Below are positions 1-10,298 of a stretch of 32,000 nucleotides of DNA, piece by piece. Below the pieces are notes generated by a model. That model was not told the DNA's origin and did not search any database. It was given only the letters and a program-made list of their open reading frames with translations. The stretch comes from Moraxella nasicaprae. Lineage in GTDB: Bacteria; Pseudomonadota; Gammaproteobacteria; Pseudomonadales; Moraxellaceae. A program made the translations under genes and the position numbers. The stretch covers positions 1,920,001 to 1,952,000 of the forward strand of contig NZ_CP089977.1 in assembly GCF_025643275.1 (NCBI RefSeq), read 5' to 3'. Position 1 is the stretch's first letter, and each line of letters starts with the position of its first letter.

Positions 1-2
1 AT

Positions 3-542
3 AACTTTACCAAATTTGAATTGGACGAACACCTAAAAACACGCTATGAAGTGCTGGAAATGACCCAAAAAACCATTGGGTTTGACTTTGATGACAAAAA
101 GCCCATTCATCAAAGTTACCAAATTCGCCACAAAAACAGCACCAAATCATCAGCATCGCCTGATGGTACTGCTGCCAATAATCAGCGTGCTGATGATAAG
201 GTGGTTGGGTCATCGACTGATTTGGTAAAATCATCGAAATTTGCCTCCAAAAAAGCACCATCACAGCAAGCAAGACAAGAAAAGGGTTTTGCCAAAAAAC
301 ATCACGGCACAGCATCGGGCAATCATCGTCAATTTGCCAAACATCCATCAACACGCACCAATAAAAAGGCTGATTTTGACAAACCTGCTGGCAATAATCA
401 AATCAGCAAGCCAAGCATTAAGCGAGTGTATGTCAATCCAAAATTGGCTGGGGCAGATGAGATGGCAAAACGACTTGACCAAAAACTGCATGAACAATCA
501 AGCCAAACCCCAAGAAAATATAAGGTAAAAACAACATCATGA
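3..542 (+). CDS. C-terminal part of a protein entering from the left edge; basic Lys/Ser-rich low-complexity tail, function unknown (possibly an RNA-binding/helicase-type tail)
   Basis: Frame 3 is open from the window edge to TGA 540-542. The track's 'M' at 21 is a TTG, so the true start lies upstream of the window. The stop overlaps the ttcA ATG (ATGA 539-542). Confidence 0.4.
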   Translation, partial: NFTKFELDEHLKTRYEVLEMTQKTIGFDFDDKKPIHQSYQIRHKNSTKSSASPDGTAANNQRADDKVVGSSTDLVKSSKFASKKAPSQQARQEKGFAKKHHGTASGNHRQFAKHPSTRTNKKADFDKPAGNNQISKPSIKRVYVNPKLAGADEMAKRLDQKLHEQSSQTPRKYKVKTTS

Positions 543-1618
543 GTACCAATCCATCATATGATAGCCCAGAAGATTTGCGTGAATTGGGCGATATTTTGAC
601 CGCCAAAGACAAAACCATGTCAGATGATGAGAGCGATGACGAGACACCGTATGATTTTGATGATGGCATCAAATCTACTCGTTTTAAGAAATTGCAAAAA
701 AAGCTTCGCAAAGAGGTTTCTTGGGCAATTCGTGACTTTAAGATGATTGAAGAGGGCGATGTGGTGATGGTCTGCATCTCTGGCGGTAAAGACAGCTTTA
801 CCTTGCTGGATATTTTGCTATTCCTAAAACGCATTGCTCCCATCAATTTTGAGGTGGTGGCGGTCAATCTTGACCAAAAGCAGCCAGGTTTTCCCGAAGA
901 TGTATTGCCAAAATACCTGTCAGAACAAGGCATTCCTTATTATATCCTAGAAAAAGATACTTATAGTATCGTCAAGTCAGTCGTGCCAGAGGGCAAAACC
1001 TATTGTTCAGCGTGTTCTCGTTTGCGTCGAGGTTCTTTGTATGGTTTTGCCAAGCAGATTGGGGCAACCAAAGTGGCTTTGGGACATCATCGTGATGACA
1101 TTTTGGCAACTTTCTTTTTAAATTTATTTCATGGTGGCAGCCTAAAAGCAATGCCGCCAAAACTGCTGTCTGATGACAAGCAAAATGTGCTGATTCGTCC
1201 GCTGGCTTATGTTGCCGAAAAAGACATCATCAAATATGCCAATTACAAGCAATTTCCTATCATTCCTTGTAATCTGTGTGGCAGTCAAGAAAACTTGCAA
1301 CGAGCAATGATTAACGATATGCTACGAGAGTGGGATAAGGCTCACCCAAAACGCTTGGCAAGTATGTTTAAGGCATTGCAAAATGTTGCCCCTAGTCAAT
1401 TAGCTGACCGCAACTTGTTTGACTTTGAAAATCTATCTTTGGCTCGCACTGATGACCAGCGGTTGTTTGAGGGCGATAACATTCAGGTGGGTGTGGCGGA
1501 TAAATTGGACAAAATGGGTCTGCCCATCAATCCGTTGGTGCAGTCATTTAACCCTAAATATCAAAAAGATGACAAAGAAACAACCAATAAAATACCTGTC
1601 ATCAATCCGCTTTTGTGA
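539..1618 (+). CDS. ttcA: tRNA 2-thiocytidine(32) synthetase TtcA (PP-loop ATPase)
   Basis: PP-loop motif CISGGKDS, conserved LGHHRDD and [12 protein letters not shown] cysteine motif. 359 aa with an acidic N-terminal extension. Confidence 0.9.
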   Translation: MSTNPSYDSPEDLRELGDILTAKDKTMSDDESDDETPYDFDDGIKSTRFKKLQKKLRKEVSWAIRDFKMIEEGDVVMVCISGGKDSFTLLDILLFLKRIAPINFEVVAVNLDQKQPGFPEDVLPKYLSEQGIPYYILEKDTYSIVKSVVPEGKTYCSACSRLRRGSLYGFAKQIGATKVALGHHRDDILATFFLNLFHGGSLKAMPPKLLSDDKQNVLIRPLAYVAEKDIIKYANYKQFPIIPCNLCGSQENLQRAMINDMLREWDKAHPKRLASMFKALQNVAPSQLADRNLFDFENLSLARTDDQRLFEGDNIQVGVADKLDKMGLPINPLVQSFNPKYQKDDKETTNKIPVINPLL

Positions 1619-1630
1619 TGACTAAATGAC

Positions 1631-1667
1631 AAAACATCAGATTGGATTGGTCTGATGTTTTTTATTT
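1631..1667 (+). terminator. rho-independent terminator after ttcA
   Basis: Stem AAAACATCAGA (1631-1641) / TCTGATGTTTT (1651-1661) followed by a T-run. Confidence 0.6.
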
Positions 1668-1678
1668 AAGGTGGCGAT

Positions 1679-2161
1679 ATGACTATCCATTTGGATTTAT
1701 TTGATGAGCAAGATTATTCCTTATTTGCCCAAGTGCTACAAAATCCACAAGTCATGAAAAATATCACAGGTCATGCCATTGATGATGACAGTGTTCAAAA
1801 AGCATGGGAAAATCGGTTAATGCCCATCAATGCCAAAAATGAAGTGGCAGGCTATTATAAAATCCTACTTGATGGCAATTATATTGGCTATGGTAAATTA
1901 AGTTTTGATGATGTCATTTTTGATAGACCATGTATTGAAATTGGTTATTTTTTATTGCCAGAATTTTGGGGATGGGGGATTGGTTATCAAGTGGGACTAA
2001 GGTTAATCAACCTTGCTCATCATTATGGGTATCCAATCATTGCAACTGTGAGTCAAGAAAATCATATTTCTAAGAAATTATTGGGCAAATTAAACTTTTG
2101 TTTTGATAAAATGATTGAGCTTGATGGAAAAATGGGAGAGGTTTGGGTTTTAAAAGATTAA
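1679..2161 (+). CDS. GNAT-family N-acetyltransferase (RimJ/RimL-like)
   Basis: 160 aa with the typical GNAT core (IEIGYFLLPEFWGWGIGYQVGLRLINLA). AAGGTGG ribosome-binding site 5 nt upstream of the ATG. Confidence 0.8.
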   Translation: MTIHLDLFDEQDYSLFAQVLQNPQVMKNITGHAIDDDSVQKAWENRLMPINAKNEVAGYYKILLDGNYIGYGKLSFDDVIFDRPCIEIGYFLLPEFWGWGIGYQVGLRLINLAHHYGYPIIATVSQENHISKKLLGKLNFCFDKMIELDGKMGEVWVLKD

Positions 2162-2195
2162 AAAAATGGTTCTGGTTCAAAAGGTATGCTACAAA

Positions 2196-2273
2196 GAAAA
2201 CCGTTCGTGGTGAGCTTGTCGAACCATGACGGTTTTCCCACCCGCAGGCAAGCTCAGGGCGAACGAAAAAACC
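2196..2273 (+). repeat. intergenic palindromic repeat, copy A (17-nt core GTGAGCTTGTCGAACCA in a hairpin loop)
   Basis: Stem GAAAACCGT (2196-2204) / ACGGTTTTC (2229-2237) encloses the core at 2210-2226. An alternative longer pairing is CGTTCG-tgg-TGAGCTTG / CAAGCTCA-ggg-CGAACG. A second copy lies at 3635-3712. Confidence 0.55.
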
Positions 2274-2302
2274 TAATTTGGCATACTGTTTAGACCACTA
2301 CC

Positions 2303-2334
2303 AAAAAAAATCACACCTTATAAAAAGTGTGATT
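2303..2334 (-). terminator. rho-independent terminator of the MORN-repeat gene (possibly bidirectional)
   Basis: Stem AATCACAC (2309-2316) / GTGTGATT (2327-2334). On the minus strand the hairpin is followed by T8 (A-run 2303-2310). Confidence 0.65.
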
Positions 2335-2340
2335 TTGTGG

Positions 2341-3423
2341 TTACTTTTTTAATTCTTCAAAAATTTCATCATATTCACGCACTATTTTTTGCCACCCATC
2401 ATTGTTTTTGGCAAGCTGTCGGCAATGGCGTTCGTTGTCGCAAGCAAAAGCGAGTTTATTATCATAAAACCAACCCTGCTCTATAAACACATCGCCTTGC
2501 CAATGCCCAAGTGGCGAGCGAGGTTTATCCGCATAGGCGGGTTTTGGAATGGTGCGTGTCCCAAAACCAAATGCCCCGCCATCAATTAGGCTACCTGTAT
2601 AGCGAACGCCATGATTGCCGTTGGTTGTGCCGTAGCCTGTTTGTGTACCATGCCAAAAATCACCCGTATATTCTATGCCATTGGCATAATGGAATGTGCC
2701 TTTGCCGTGCATGTGGTTATTTTTAAACTCACCCTCGTAACGGTCGCCATTTGCCCAGATAAAGACACCTTTGCCGTGCATTGAATTATTAACAAAATCG
2801 CCCTCATAATAATTGCCATTGGCAAAGAAATACTTGCCCTTGCCTGTGCGTTGGTCGTGTTGCCACTCGCCCTCATAGCGGTCGCCCACCCAAGGCTCAT
2901 TGGCGTACCAATAAGTGCCAAAACCATGATGCCTGCCGCCAATCATCTCGCCCTCGTAGCGGTCGCTCTCAAATTCACCTTTGCCAAAAGTGTATGTGCC
3001 ACGATAAATGTTAGTATTACTTTGAGGTTCGCCCTCGTAGATGTCGCCATTGTCAAAGACGATTTTTTGATAGCCTACTGCCACACCATCTTGATAGTCT
3101 GCTGTCATGATTTGGATTTCATCTTTTAGGTCTAGGGCTTGGGCGGTGGCTCGTCCGTGCAGTTTGCCTTGTCGGTATGTGCCAGTAACTGTGTATCCGC
3201 AGTTTGATTGTCTTTGACAAGTCCAAGTCGCTGTGCCGTAGCCTTCTGCAAAGCCGTCTTTACAGTCGCCACTCCATTTGACTTGGCGGTAAGGAATGTA
3301 TTGATTGGGATAGATTTTGCAAGTGTTGTTAGTGCTGATGGCATAGCCGTCCGATGGCTTGGCACTGACAAAGGCAGGTAGGGCGAATAATAGCGGTGTC
3401 AGTAGTAGGGCGTAGGATTTCAT
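2341..3423 (-). CDS. secreted MORN-repeat protein
   Basis: N-terminal signal peptide MKSYALLLTPLLFALPAFVSA. At least six tandem YxGxxxxxxxHGxG MORN-type repeats (e.g. YEGEFKNNHMHGKGTF, YEGDFVNNSMHGKGVF). Confidence 0.85.
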   Translation of the reverse strand: MKSYALLLTPLLFALPAFVSAKPSDGYAISTNNTCKIYPNQYIPYRQVKWSGDCKDGFAEGYGTATWTCQRQSNCGYTVTGTYRQGKLHGRATAQALDLKDEIQIMTADYQDGVAVGYQKIVFDNGDIYEGEPQSNTNIYRGTYTFGKGEFESDRYEGEMIGGRHHGFGTYWYANEPWVGDRYEGEWQHDQRTGKGKYFFANGNYYEGDFVNNSMHGKGVFIWANGDRYEGEFKNNHMHGKGTFHYANGIEYTGDFWHGTQTGYGTTNGNHGVRYTGSLIDGGAFGFGTRTIPKPAYADKPRSPLGHWQGDVFIEQGWFYDNKLAFACDNERHCRQLAKNNDGWQKIVREYDEIFEELKK

Positions 3424-3634
3424 GGACTGTCCTTGATGTCTTGAATTTTGTCATTATACCTAATACTGTCAAATAAGCAATGGTGTTTTATTGTCTGAAT
3501 TTTTTTAGACGAAGCACAAAGATAATGCCAAATTGTTTTGGGTGGGGTGGGTTTATATTTTGGCGAAATCTACTTTTGATGGGTGTTGGGCATCAGGTGT
3601 GGCAAATATAGTCAATTCTATTCAAAACTAGACA

Positions 3635-3712
3635 AAGGTTTTTTGCTCAAAGTGAGCTTGTCGAACCACAAGAAAACCGCTGCTTTCAATAAGCTTAGGG
3701 TGAAGGGTTTTG
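3635..3712 (+). repeat. intergenic palindromic repeat, copy B
   Basis: Identical 17-mer GTGAGCTTGTCGAACCA at 3652-3668, flanked by GGTTTT (3637-3642) / AAAACC (3673-3678). Downstream AAGCTTAGGGTGAA matches AAGCTCAGGGCGAA of copy A. Confidence 0.55.
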
Positions 3713-3891
3713 CTGTATGGTTTTGATGTGAATTCAGTATATATCAATGACAGACCCAGCACCAAACAATCACACCGATAGTCAATCATCGATTGATGAA
3801 AATGTCATCATAAAAATCTTGGACACTCTTTAATTATGATTCATCTGACCCCATCAATCATCATCATTGTTAAAAAAATACAGTTATCATT

Positions 3892-6036
3892 ATGACCACT
3901 CGCACCGCCCTTCAAGCCGCCCAATTGGCCAAACAAGCCAAACTCACAGGCGAACAAAACCCCAAAGACAAAAAAGACAAACAAACACCCAAAATTCTAA
4001 CAGGTATCAATGCCACAGGTAGCCAGATTTCAAGTGGGGCGTTTGAAATGGTAACCGATTATGAGCCTGCTGGCGACCAGCCAACTGCCATACAGGGGCT
4101 TGTGGACGGTATTAAGGATGGCTTAACAGGTCAGCTTCTTTTGGGCGTAACAGGCTCTGGCAAGACTTATACAATGGCAAAGGTCATTGCAGAGCTTGGG
4201 CGACCTGCGATTATTATGGCACACAACAAGACTTTGGCGGCACAGCTGCATGGCGAGTTTAAGGCGTTTTTTCCTAATAATGCGGTGGAATATTTTGTCT
4301 CTTATTATGATTATTATCAGCCAGAGGCCTATGTGCCAGCGTCCGACACCTTTATTGAAAAGGATTCGGCAATCAACGACCATATTGACCAAATGCGACT
4401 TTCGGCAACCCGTGCCTTATTAGAAAGGCGTGATGCGATTATTGTGGCAAGCGTTTCTGCCATTTATGGCTTGGGCGATGTGGACAGTTATATGCAAATG
4501 CTCCTTCATATCGTGGTGGGCGATAGGGTACATCGTGATACTTTGATTAAACGCCTCGTTGCTTTGCAATATGAACGCAATGAGCTGGATTTTGGGCGGG
4601 GGACTTATCGCATTCGGGGCGAGACTTTGGACATTTATCCTGCCGAAAGTGAGAGCCTTGCGGTGCGTGTGGCGTTTTTTGATGATGAAATTGAAAAGAT
4701 TGCTTGGTTTGACCCATTGACAGGCAAGGCGGTCAAAAGCGTGCCACGAGTTACTATTTATCCCAAATCGCACTATGTCACCCCCAAAGAAAAATTGGAG
4801 CAAGCAAGCGAAACCATCAAAGCCGAGCTTGCCGAGCGGTTGGACTATTTTCGTCAAAATGACAAACTCATAGAAGCCCAACGAATCAAAGAACGCACCC
4901 AATACGACCTTGAAATGATACAACAGCTTGGCTATTGTAATGGCATTGAGAATTATTCTCGTCATTTATCAGGGCGAGCGACAGGCGAAGCACCACCCAC
5001 TTTGTTTGATTATGTGCCGTCCGATGCCCTGCTATTTATTGATGAAAGCCACGCCACCGTACCGCAGATTGGGGCGATGTACAAGGGCGATAGAAGTCGC
5101 AAAGAAACTTTGGTGCAATATGGCTTTCGTCTGCCGTCTGCTCTTGACAACCGTCCGATGAAGTTTGAGGAATGGGAGGCGATTAAGCCTACCACCATTT
5201 ATGTGTCGGCAACGCCTGCCGATTATGAATTAAAAAATAGCCAAAAGATTGTGGAACAAGTGGTTCGTCCCACAGGCTTGATTGACCCTGTTTTGGAAAT
5301 TCGCCCTGTTTTGACCCAAGTGGACGATGTCTTGGGCGAGATTCATTTGCGTAAGGCGGTTAATGAGCGAGTGTTGATTACCACCTTGACCAAACGAATG
5401 GCGGAGGATTTGACCAGTTATTTACAAGAATATGGCATTAAGGTGGCATATTTGCACTCAGACATTGATACTGTTGAGAGAATGAAAATCATTCACGAGT
5501 TAAGAACAGGTGTTCACGATGTGCTGGTAGGCATTAACTTATTAAGAGAAGGGCTTGATATGCCAGAGGTGAGCCTTGTGGCGATTTTTGATGCGGACAA
5601 GGAGGGCTTTTTGCGTTCGGAGCGGTCTTTGATTCAGACCATTGGGCGAGCGGCACGGCATATCAATGGCAAGGCGATTTTGTATGCCGACAAAATCACC
5701 CCCAGTATGCAAAAGGCGATGGACGAGACCCAGCGGCGTAGAACAAAGCAAATCGCCTTTAATGAAGCCCACGGCATTATTCCAAAATCTGCCGTGCGAG
5801 CCATTACCGATAAGATTGACACAGGCGAAGAAATCCAAGATGAGCCAATCTTGCCTGCCGTACCAACCGCTTTGGCTGATGTGGACGAGACGATTTTGCA
5901 TAACCCACAACTGACGGTCAAAGAAATCAACCGCCTTGACAAAGAAATGAGAAAACTCTCTGGCGAACTAAAATTTGAAGAGGCGGCGAAAGTAAGGGAT
6001 AAGATTGTGGCATTAAAACAACTACTTTTAACATAA
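3892..6036 (+). CDS. uvrB: excinuclease ABC subunit B
   Basis: Walker A GVTGSGKT, the [10 protein letters not shown] beta-hairpin motif, helicase motifs ([17 protein letters not shown]) and a C-terminal UVR domain ([11 protein letters not shown]). Confidence 0.95.
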   Translation: MTTRTALQAAQLAKQAKLTGEQNPKDKKDKQTPKILTGINATGSQISSGAFEMVTDYEPAGDQPTAIQGLVDGIKDGLTGQLLLGVTGSGKTYTMAKVIAELGRPAIIMAHNKTLAAQLHGEFKAFFPNNAVEYFVSYYDYYQPEAYVPASDTFIEKDSAINDHIDQMRLSATRALLERRDAIIVASVSAIYGLGDVDSYMQMLLHIVVGDRVHRDTLIKRLVALQYERNELDFGRGTYRIRGETLDIYPAESESLAVRVAFFDDEIEKIAWFDPLTGKAVKSVPRVTIYPKSHYVTPKEKLEQASETIKAELAERLDYFRQNDKLIEAQRIKERTQYDLEMIQQLGYCNGIENYSRHLSGRATGEAPPTLFDYVPSDALLFIDESHATVPQIGAMYKGDRSRKETLVQYGFRLPSALDNRPMKFEEWEAIKPTTIYVSATPADYELKNSQKIVEQVVRPTGLIDPVLEIRPVLTQVDDVLGEIHLRKAVNERVLITTLTKRMAEDLTSYLQEYGIKVAYLHSDIDTVERMKIIHELRTGVHDVLVGINLLREGLDMPEVSLVAIFDADKEGFLRSERSLIQTIGRAARHINGKAILYADKITPSMQKAMDETQRRRTKQIAFNEAHGIIPKSAVRAITDKIDTGEEIQDEPILPAVPTALADVDETILHNPQLTVKEINRLDKEMRKLSGELKFEEAAKVRDKIVALKQLLLT

Positions 6037-6067
6037 AAACTGATTTCTTAGTCGCATTAGAATAAAC

Positions 6068-6106
6068 TTGGGGGCAATCAAACAATAATACCCAGATTGC
6101 CCCCAA
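6068..6106. terminator. bidirectional terminator between convergent uvrB and argF
   Basis: Perfect 12-bp stem TTGGGGGCAATC (6068-6079) / GATTGCCCCCAA (6095-6106). Confidence 0.6.
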
Positions 6107-6123
6107 AGAACCGCCAAGCCCAA

Positions 6124-7038
6124 TCAAGCCCTAATCTTATCTTGCAACAAAAACTCTACCAAGGCTTTTTGGGCGTGCAAGCGGTTTTCTGCTTCGTCCC
6201 ATACCACCGAGCGGGGGTCATCTAGCAAGTTTTGGCTAATCTCTTCACCCCGATGAGCAGGCAAGCAATGCATAAACAAGACATCAGGCTGTGCCAAATC
6301 CAGCAAGTTTTCATCAACCTGATAACCTGCAAAATCTCTTAGGCGTTTTTGTTGCTCTTGTTCTTGCCCCATACTTGCCCAAACATCGGTTACCACAAGA
6401 TGAGCTTCTTTTACCGCCTCAGCAGGCTTGTCTATTAATTGCACACGGTGTTTATAACGGTTTAATAAGTCAGCATTGGGCTTATAACCATCAGGGCTTG
6501 CAATGTTTAAATAAAAATCAAACTGCTCTGCCGCCAGCATATAAGACGAACACATATTATTGCCATCGCCCACCCAAGTTACAGTTTTACCTGCAATACT
6601 GCCACGGTGCTCGTTAAAGGTTTGAATATCGCTTAATAACTGGCAAGGGTGATATTCATCGGTCAAAGCATTAATCACAGGCACAGACGAATATTTGGCA
6701 AAATTGCAAATACGGTCGTGCCCAAAGGTACGCATCACAACAATATCCACCATACTAGAAATCACACGGGCAGAATCTTCAATCGGCTCGCCCCGTCCAA
6801 GCTGAATAGCACTTGGCGACAAAAACAAAGCGTGCCCACCAAACTGGCTCATACCCGCTTCAAACGACACCCTTGTACGAGTGCTGTGCTTTTCAAAAAT
6901 CATCGCCATCGTACGCCCAACAAAGGGTTGATAAAGCTCGCCCGCCTTTTGCATTTGGCGAAGCTGGCTGGCACGGCGAATAATCAAGGCAAGCTCATCT
7001 TTGGTCGCATCAAGCAAATTTAGAAAATGACGGGTCAT
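6124..7038 (-). CDS. argF: ornithine carbamoyltransferase
   Basis: Carbamoyl-phosphate motif [16 protein letters not shown] and [12 protein letters not shown]. 304 aa. Confidence 0.9.
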   Translation of the reverse strand: MTRHFLNLLDATKDELALIIRRASQLRQMQKAGELYQPFVGRTMAMIFEKHSTRTRVSFEAGMSQFGGHALFLSPSAIQLGRGEPIEDSARVISSMVDIVVMRTFGHDRICNFAKYSSVPVINALTDEYHPCQLLSDIQTFNEHRGSIAGKTVTWVGDGNNMCSSYMLAAEQFDFYLNIASPDGYKPNADLLNRYKHRVQLIDKPAEAVKEAHLVVTDVWASMGQEQEQQKRLRDFAGYQVDENLLDLAQPDVLFMHCLPAHRGEEISQNLLDDPRSVVWDEAENRLHAQKALVEFLLQDKIRA

Positions 7039-7372
7039 AAGAAACTCCTATAAAATGTAGGGAATTTATGGAATAATCCGATTATAACAAAGTTTTTTAT
7101 GATTAGAAAGTCTCAATTCATGAATTTTATTTTCTTAACCATCAACAAATTTTTTGCAAAAAATTGTCCACAAAAGACAAAGGTTGTCCGTTGTGTGGTT
7201 GCATGATACTGATTGCTAAATTTTTAAAACCAATAGAATAGGCGTTTTAGATGGAAGTAGGTGTTTTTTGCCAGCTGTTTTATCAATAATCCAAACAAAT
7301 CGATAAATTCAAACCATCACACCGCCAAATCAATCAAGATGGCGGTGAATGAGCGGTCGATATAGTCGCTGT

Positions 7373-8581
7373 TTATTGTAGTTGCCATAATTGCCCATTA
7401 TCCAGCAGGATAACGATGGTTTTGGCTGATGATTTGACATCAATGATTTTTCCATCAAAGTGGATAGGTAGGTGTTGTAGTGTTTCGTCCTTTTGGAGCA
7501 GGGTAAGCCCTTGATAATCGCTGGTGGGAATGATGGTGTATTGATTGGTTGCGGCTGTCAGGTTGGTATTTTTATCGCCAATCTGATGATTGCTAACGCC
7601 ATTTCCTAGTACGGTTTTTGTCAGTACATCATCTTGCCAGTCATAACGCACCAACTCTCGTTTTAGATGGGGCATTTGTACGGCATACAGCTTGCCCTGT
7701 GCCACAAAAGGCGACTGCCAGCGATGAGTTGGCAGAGCGGTGCTTTGGGCAAGAATGGTCAGCTTGCCTTGATTTAGCCCAATAACAGCCGTGCTTGCTC
7801 CACTGCCACCACCTGCGGGCGTACTGACCAGATAGGAGCGACCGTCTTTTTGCCATTTGGTGAGCAAATTAGCCTCAAACACCTGATTGGGCAGTTCAAG
7901 AGCAGCAGACAAATCATGCAAATCATGTCGTTCTAGATAGCGAATTTGCCCAGCCTCGATGGCATCGCCAAGCACGCCATGCTGATAGGTCTGTGTGTCT
8001 GGTTTGGCAAGTACGGCAATGTGTCCATCATTATCACTTGCCAAATCAATTTGTAGCGGCTTGACATCTGGCAGAACGGCAAAATCTTCACGAATGGCTT
8101 GCAGATGACCTGTTGTATCAATGCGTGCAATGTGATGTAAGCCCGATTGGTCTGTAATGACAATCGTGGCAAATGGTAGGGCAATCATGCCAGCATGGGT
8201 AGCCAACTTGATGGTTGTGGGGTATTTTTTGCCATCAATCCATTGTACAAAATTTCCCTGACGGTCCGCCAACCCCACTCGACCATAGCCTGCCACAGGG
8301 GCAATGTCTGGCGAAAAACCATCTGCCAGTTGCTTGTTGGGTGTGCCAATGTGCCACAGTTGCCCTTGCTCATTGATGCCAAAAATATTGCCATGTTCAT
8401 CAAGGGTAAACTGTCGAACCGCTCCCAGCTGCTTGGTGTTAAGTAGGGTTAGGGTTGGTGATGATGTGACGGGCATTGACGATGAGTTGGCAGGCGTATG
8501 CCCGCAAGCACTTAGATGAGCTAGGCCAAGCACGGCAATCACCAGTGTACGAAGTTTTGTAAAATAAGAGAATTTCATCAT
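7373..8581 (-). CDS. lipoprotein of unknown function
   Basis: The track ORF runs to 8716, but an internal MMKFSYFTKLRTLVIAVLGLAHLSAC gives a signal peptide plus lipobox (LSAC). The start is therefore placed at 8581/8578. Confidence 0.65.
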   Translation of the reverse strand: MMKFSYFTKLRTLVIAVLGLAHLSACGHTPANSSSMPVTSSPTLTLLNTKQLGAVRQFTLDEHGNIFGINEQGQLWHIGTPNKQLADGFSPDIAPVAGYGRVGLADRQGNFVQWIDGKKYPTTIKLATHAGMIALPFATIVITDQSGLHHIARIDTTGHLQAIREDFAVLPDVKPLQIDLASDNDGHIAVLAKPDTQTYQHGVLGDAIEAGQIRYLERHDLHDLSAALELPNQVFEANLLTKWQKDGRSYLVSTPAGGGSGASTAVIGLNQGKLTILAQSTALPTHRWQSPFVAQGKLYAVQMPHLKRELVRYDWQDDVLTKTVLGNGVSNHQIGDKNTNLTAATNQYTIIPTSDYQGLTLLQKDETLQHLPIHFDGKIIDVKSSAKTIVILLDNGQLWQLQ

Positions 8582-8789
8582 GATGACTGGTAAAAATACA
8601 TTGCTTAAAATCAACTCATTGTAGCATAAAAAATCCCAACATGAACTCATGCAATCATCAAAAGAATATGAAGCCATGTGGTATAAATGGTTTTGCGTGG
8701 CAAAAACCCACATCAAATTGCGGTGTTTGGTTGTGTTTGGGGGTAATTTTGGGTATCATACGCACATACGATTTAATGAAGCGGTATTC

Positions 8790-9767
8790 ATGTCAAATTT
8801 TGTGAACAATTACCCAAAGCGTCCAGCATTTCGCCGCATTGGTTTGATGGGCAGAGCAGGCAAATCAAGCGTTGTGGAGACGCTTAATGAGCTAATTTTA
8901 TTACTACAAAACAGAAACTTATCCATCGTGATTGATACTGAGACGGCAGCCATTGAGGGCTTGAATGTTGATTTTGGGCAGATGGATAATCAGCGATTTC
9001 AGATTGTGCCACGCCAAAAAATTGGCGAGTACTGCGACCTTGCTATCGTGGTTGGTGGCGATGGTTCGATGCTACAAGCAGCATCGGTGCTGGCAGGGAC
9101 TGATGTGCCTGTGCTTGGCATCAATCGTGGGCGATTGGGCTTTTTGGCTGATGTCAATCCTGATGAGCTGACCGAAAAGGTGAGCCAAGTGCTTGATGGC
9201 AAATATTGGCTGGTGGAGCGATTTTTATTGAAATTTCAAATCGTGCAAAATGACTTGCAAGGTCAGCCAACCGATGCCGTCATTCATGAAGATGTTGCCC
9301 TAAATGACATTGTCCTACACGCTGGCAAGTCGGTGCATACCATTGATTTTAAATTAAAAATTAACAATAGCGATGTCTATCGTCAGCATGCAGATGGATT
9401 GATTGTCGCCACACCAACAGGCTCAACCGCTTATTCTTTATCCGCAGGTGGCCCCATCATTCACCCCACAATTGATGCCATTTGTCTTGTGCCAATGCAC
9501 CCGCACACCTTGACCAGTCGTCCTTTGGTGGTGGCGGGCAGTAGTCAGATTGCCATCAATATCCATAAAGACAATCGCACTCAGCCGATGGTTGGGGCAG
9601 ATGGTAAAGCGTCCGCACCGCTGGATAATGACCAAACTTTATTGATTGCTAAGCATCATAAGACACTATTGTTATTGCACCCAAACGGATATAGTTTTTA
9701 TGAGGCATGCCGTACCAAGCTGAACTGGAATCTGTATAGCGAAGAATTTGCTTTTGACAAATATTGA
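8790..9767 (+). CDS. nadK: NAD kinase
   Basis: GGDGSML and NRGRLGFL motifs and TPTGSTAYSLSAGGPI. Start moved to ATG 8790 (MSNFVNN...), because the track's 5' extension overlaps the divergent lipoprotein gene. Confidence 0.9.
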   Translation: MSNFVNNYPKRPAFRRIGLMGRAGKSSVVETLNELILLLQNRNLSIVIDTETAAIEGLNVDFGQMDNQRFQIVPRQKIGEYCDLAIVVGGDGSMLQAASVLAGTDVPVLGINRGRLGFLADVNPDELTEKVSQVLDGKYWLVERFLLKFQIVQNDLQGQPTDAVIHEDVALNDIVLHAGKSVHTIDFKLKINNSDVYRQHADGLIVATPTGSTAYSLSAGGPIIHPTIDAICLVPMHPHTLTSRPLVVAGSSQIAINIHKDNRTQPMVGADGKASAPLDNDQTLLIAKHHKTLLLLHPNGYSFYEACRTKLNWNLYSEEFAFDKY

Positions 9768-9801
9768 TTTTGACTGACATTGAACATAGCTGAGGCACAT
9801 C

Positions 9802-10089
9802 ATGAATAAACAAGACATTTTGGCAAACTTAACCCCAGAGATTGTGGATAAATTTCGCACCGCCATCGAGATTGGCAAATGGGAAAATGGCGAACGCTTG
9901 ACCGATGCTCAGCGTGCCACTTGTATGCAGGCGGTGATGGTGTGGGAATATGAATATTTGCCAATCACTGAACGCACTGGCTATATCCATAAACCTGTCA
10001 AAGATGACGGCACGGTGGTGGGCGAGGAGTGTGATGTGGAGCATGACCATCATTATCCTAATGAGCAGCCTGTGAAGTTTAAGCACTGA
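9802..10089 (+). CDS. YeaC-like small protein (DUF1315-type)
   Basis: 95 aa. The N-terminal pattern LTPEIVDKFRTAIEIGKWENGERLTDAQRATCMQAV matches my recollection of the YeaC/DUF1315 family. Confidence 0.7.
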   Translation: MNKQDILANLTPEIVDKFRTAIEIGKWENGERLTDAQRATCMQAVMVWEYEYLPITERTGYIHKPVKDDGTVVGEECDVEHDHHYPNEQPVKFKH

Positions 10090-10103
10090 TACGCTGTATA
10101 AAA

Positions 10104-10131
10104 AAAGACGAGTAATGATGCTCGTCTTTTT
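10104..10131 (+). terminator. rho-independent terminator
   Basis: Stem AAAGACGAG (10104-10112) / CTCGTCTTT (10121-10129) running into a T-run. Confidence 0.65.
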
Positions 10132-10298
10132 GGTCTTATGGTTGATAAGATGATGGGTGGTATTTTATGTTTTTGCAATAAAAAACATTCATGGTAAGCT
10201 GGGTTAAATCACCGTGACTTTTTTGCCCACGAGTGGGTTGGGGTAGATAGTCTGGTTTATTATTGCTTGGTTAAAATATCATTTTAAATCATCGTCAA

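Noticed and set aside
433-933. 166-aa minus-strand ORF overlapping the end of the first gene and ttcA. Many similar antisense ORFs occur elsewhere (e.g. 4420-4965, 5542-5942, 6291-7023, 11333-11628, 12822-13148, 15323-15586, 21225-21692, 29642-29944, 31385-31773).
   Set aside because: Each lies entirely inside, and antisense or out of frame to, a long ORF with clear family motifs. They have no RBS and odd composition, so they are shadow ORFs.
3747-3895. Two tiny ORFs in the uvrB leader (28 codons at 3747-3833; 19 codons at 3836-3895 overlapping the uvrB ATG).
   Set aside because: They have no RBS and no recognisable peptide features. Chance ORFs of this kind are expected in a 470-bp AT-rich intergenic region.
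7115-7126. Palindrome AATTCATGAATT upstream of argF, considered as a possible ArgR (ARG box) operator.
   Set aside because: The half-sites are arranged ATTCA|TGAAT with no spacer, rather than the canonical TGAAT-N4-ATTCA. The best canonical-like match (TGAATTTTATTTTC) has a poor second half. This is not enough to call.
8582-8789. Track 5' extensions of the lipoprotein ORF (to 8716) and the NAD kinase ORF (from 8649), which overlap each other. Similar extensions occur for truD (to 17436), the DUF1543-like gene (to 17965), metH (from 17976) and nudC (to 31010).
   Set aside because: Internal starts give a proper signal peptide/lipobox, an RBS, or family-typical N-termini, and they remove gene overlaps. 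The extensions have non-coding-like sequence.
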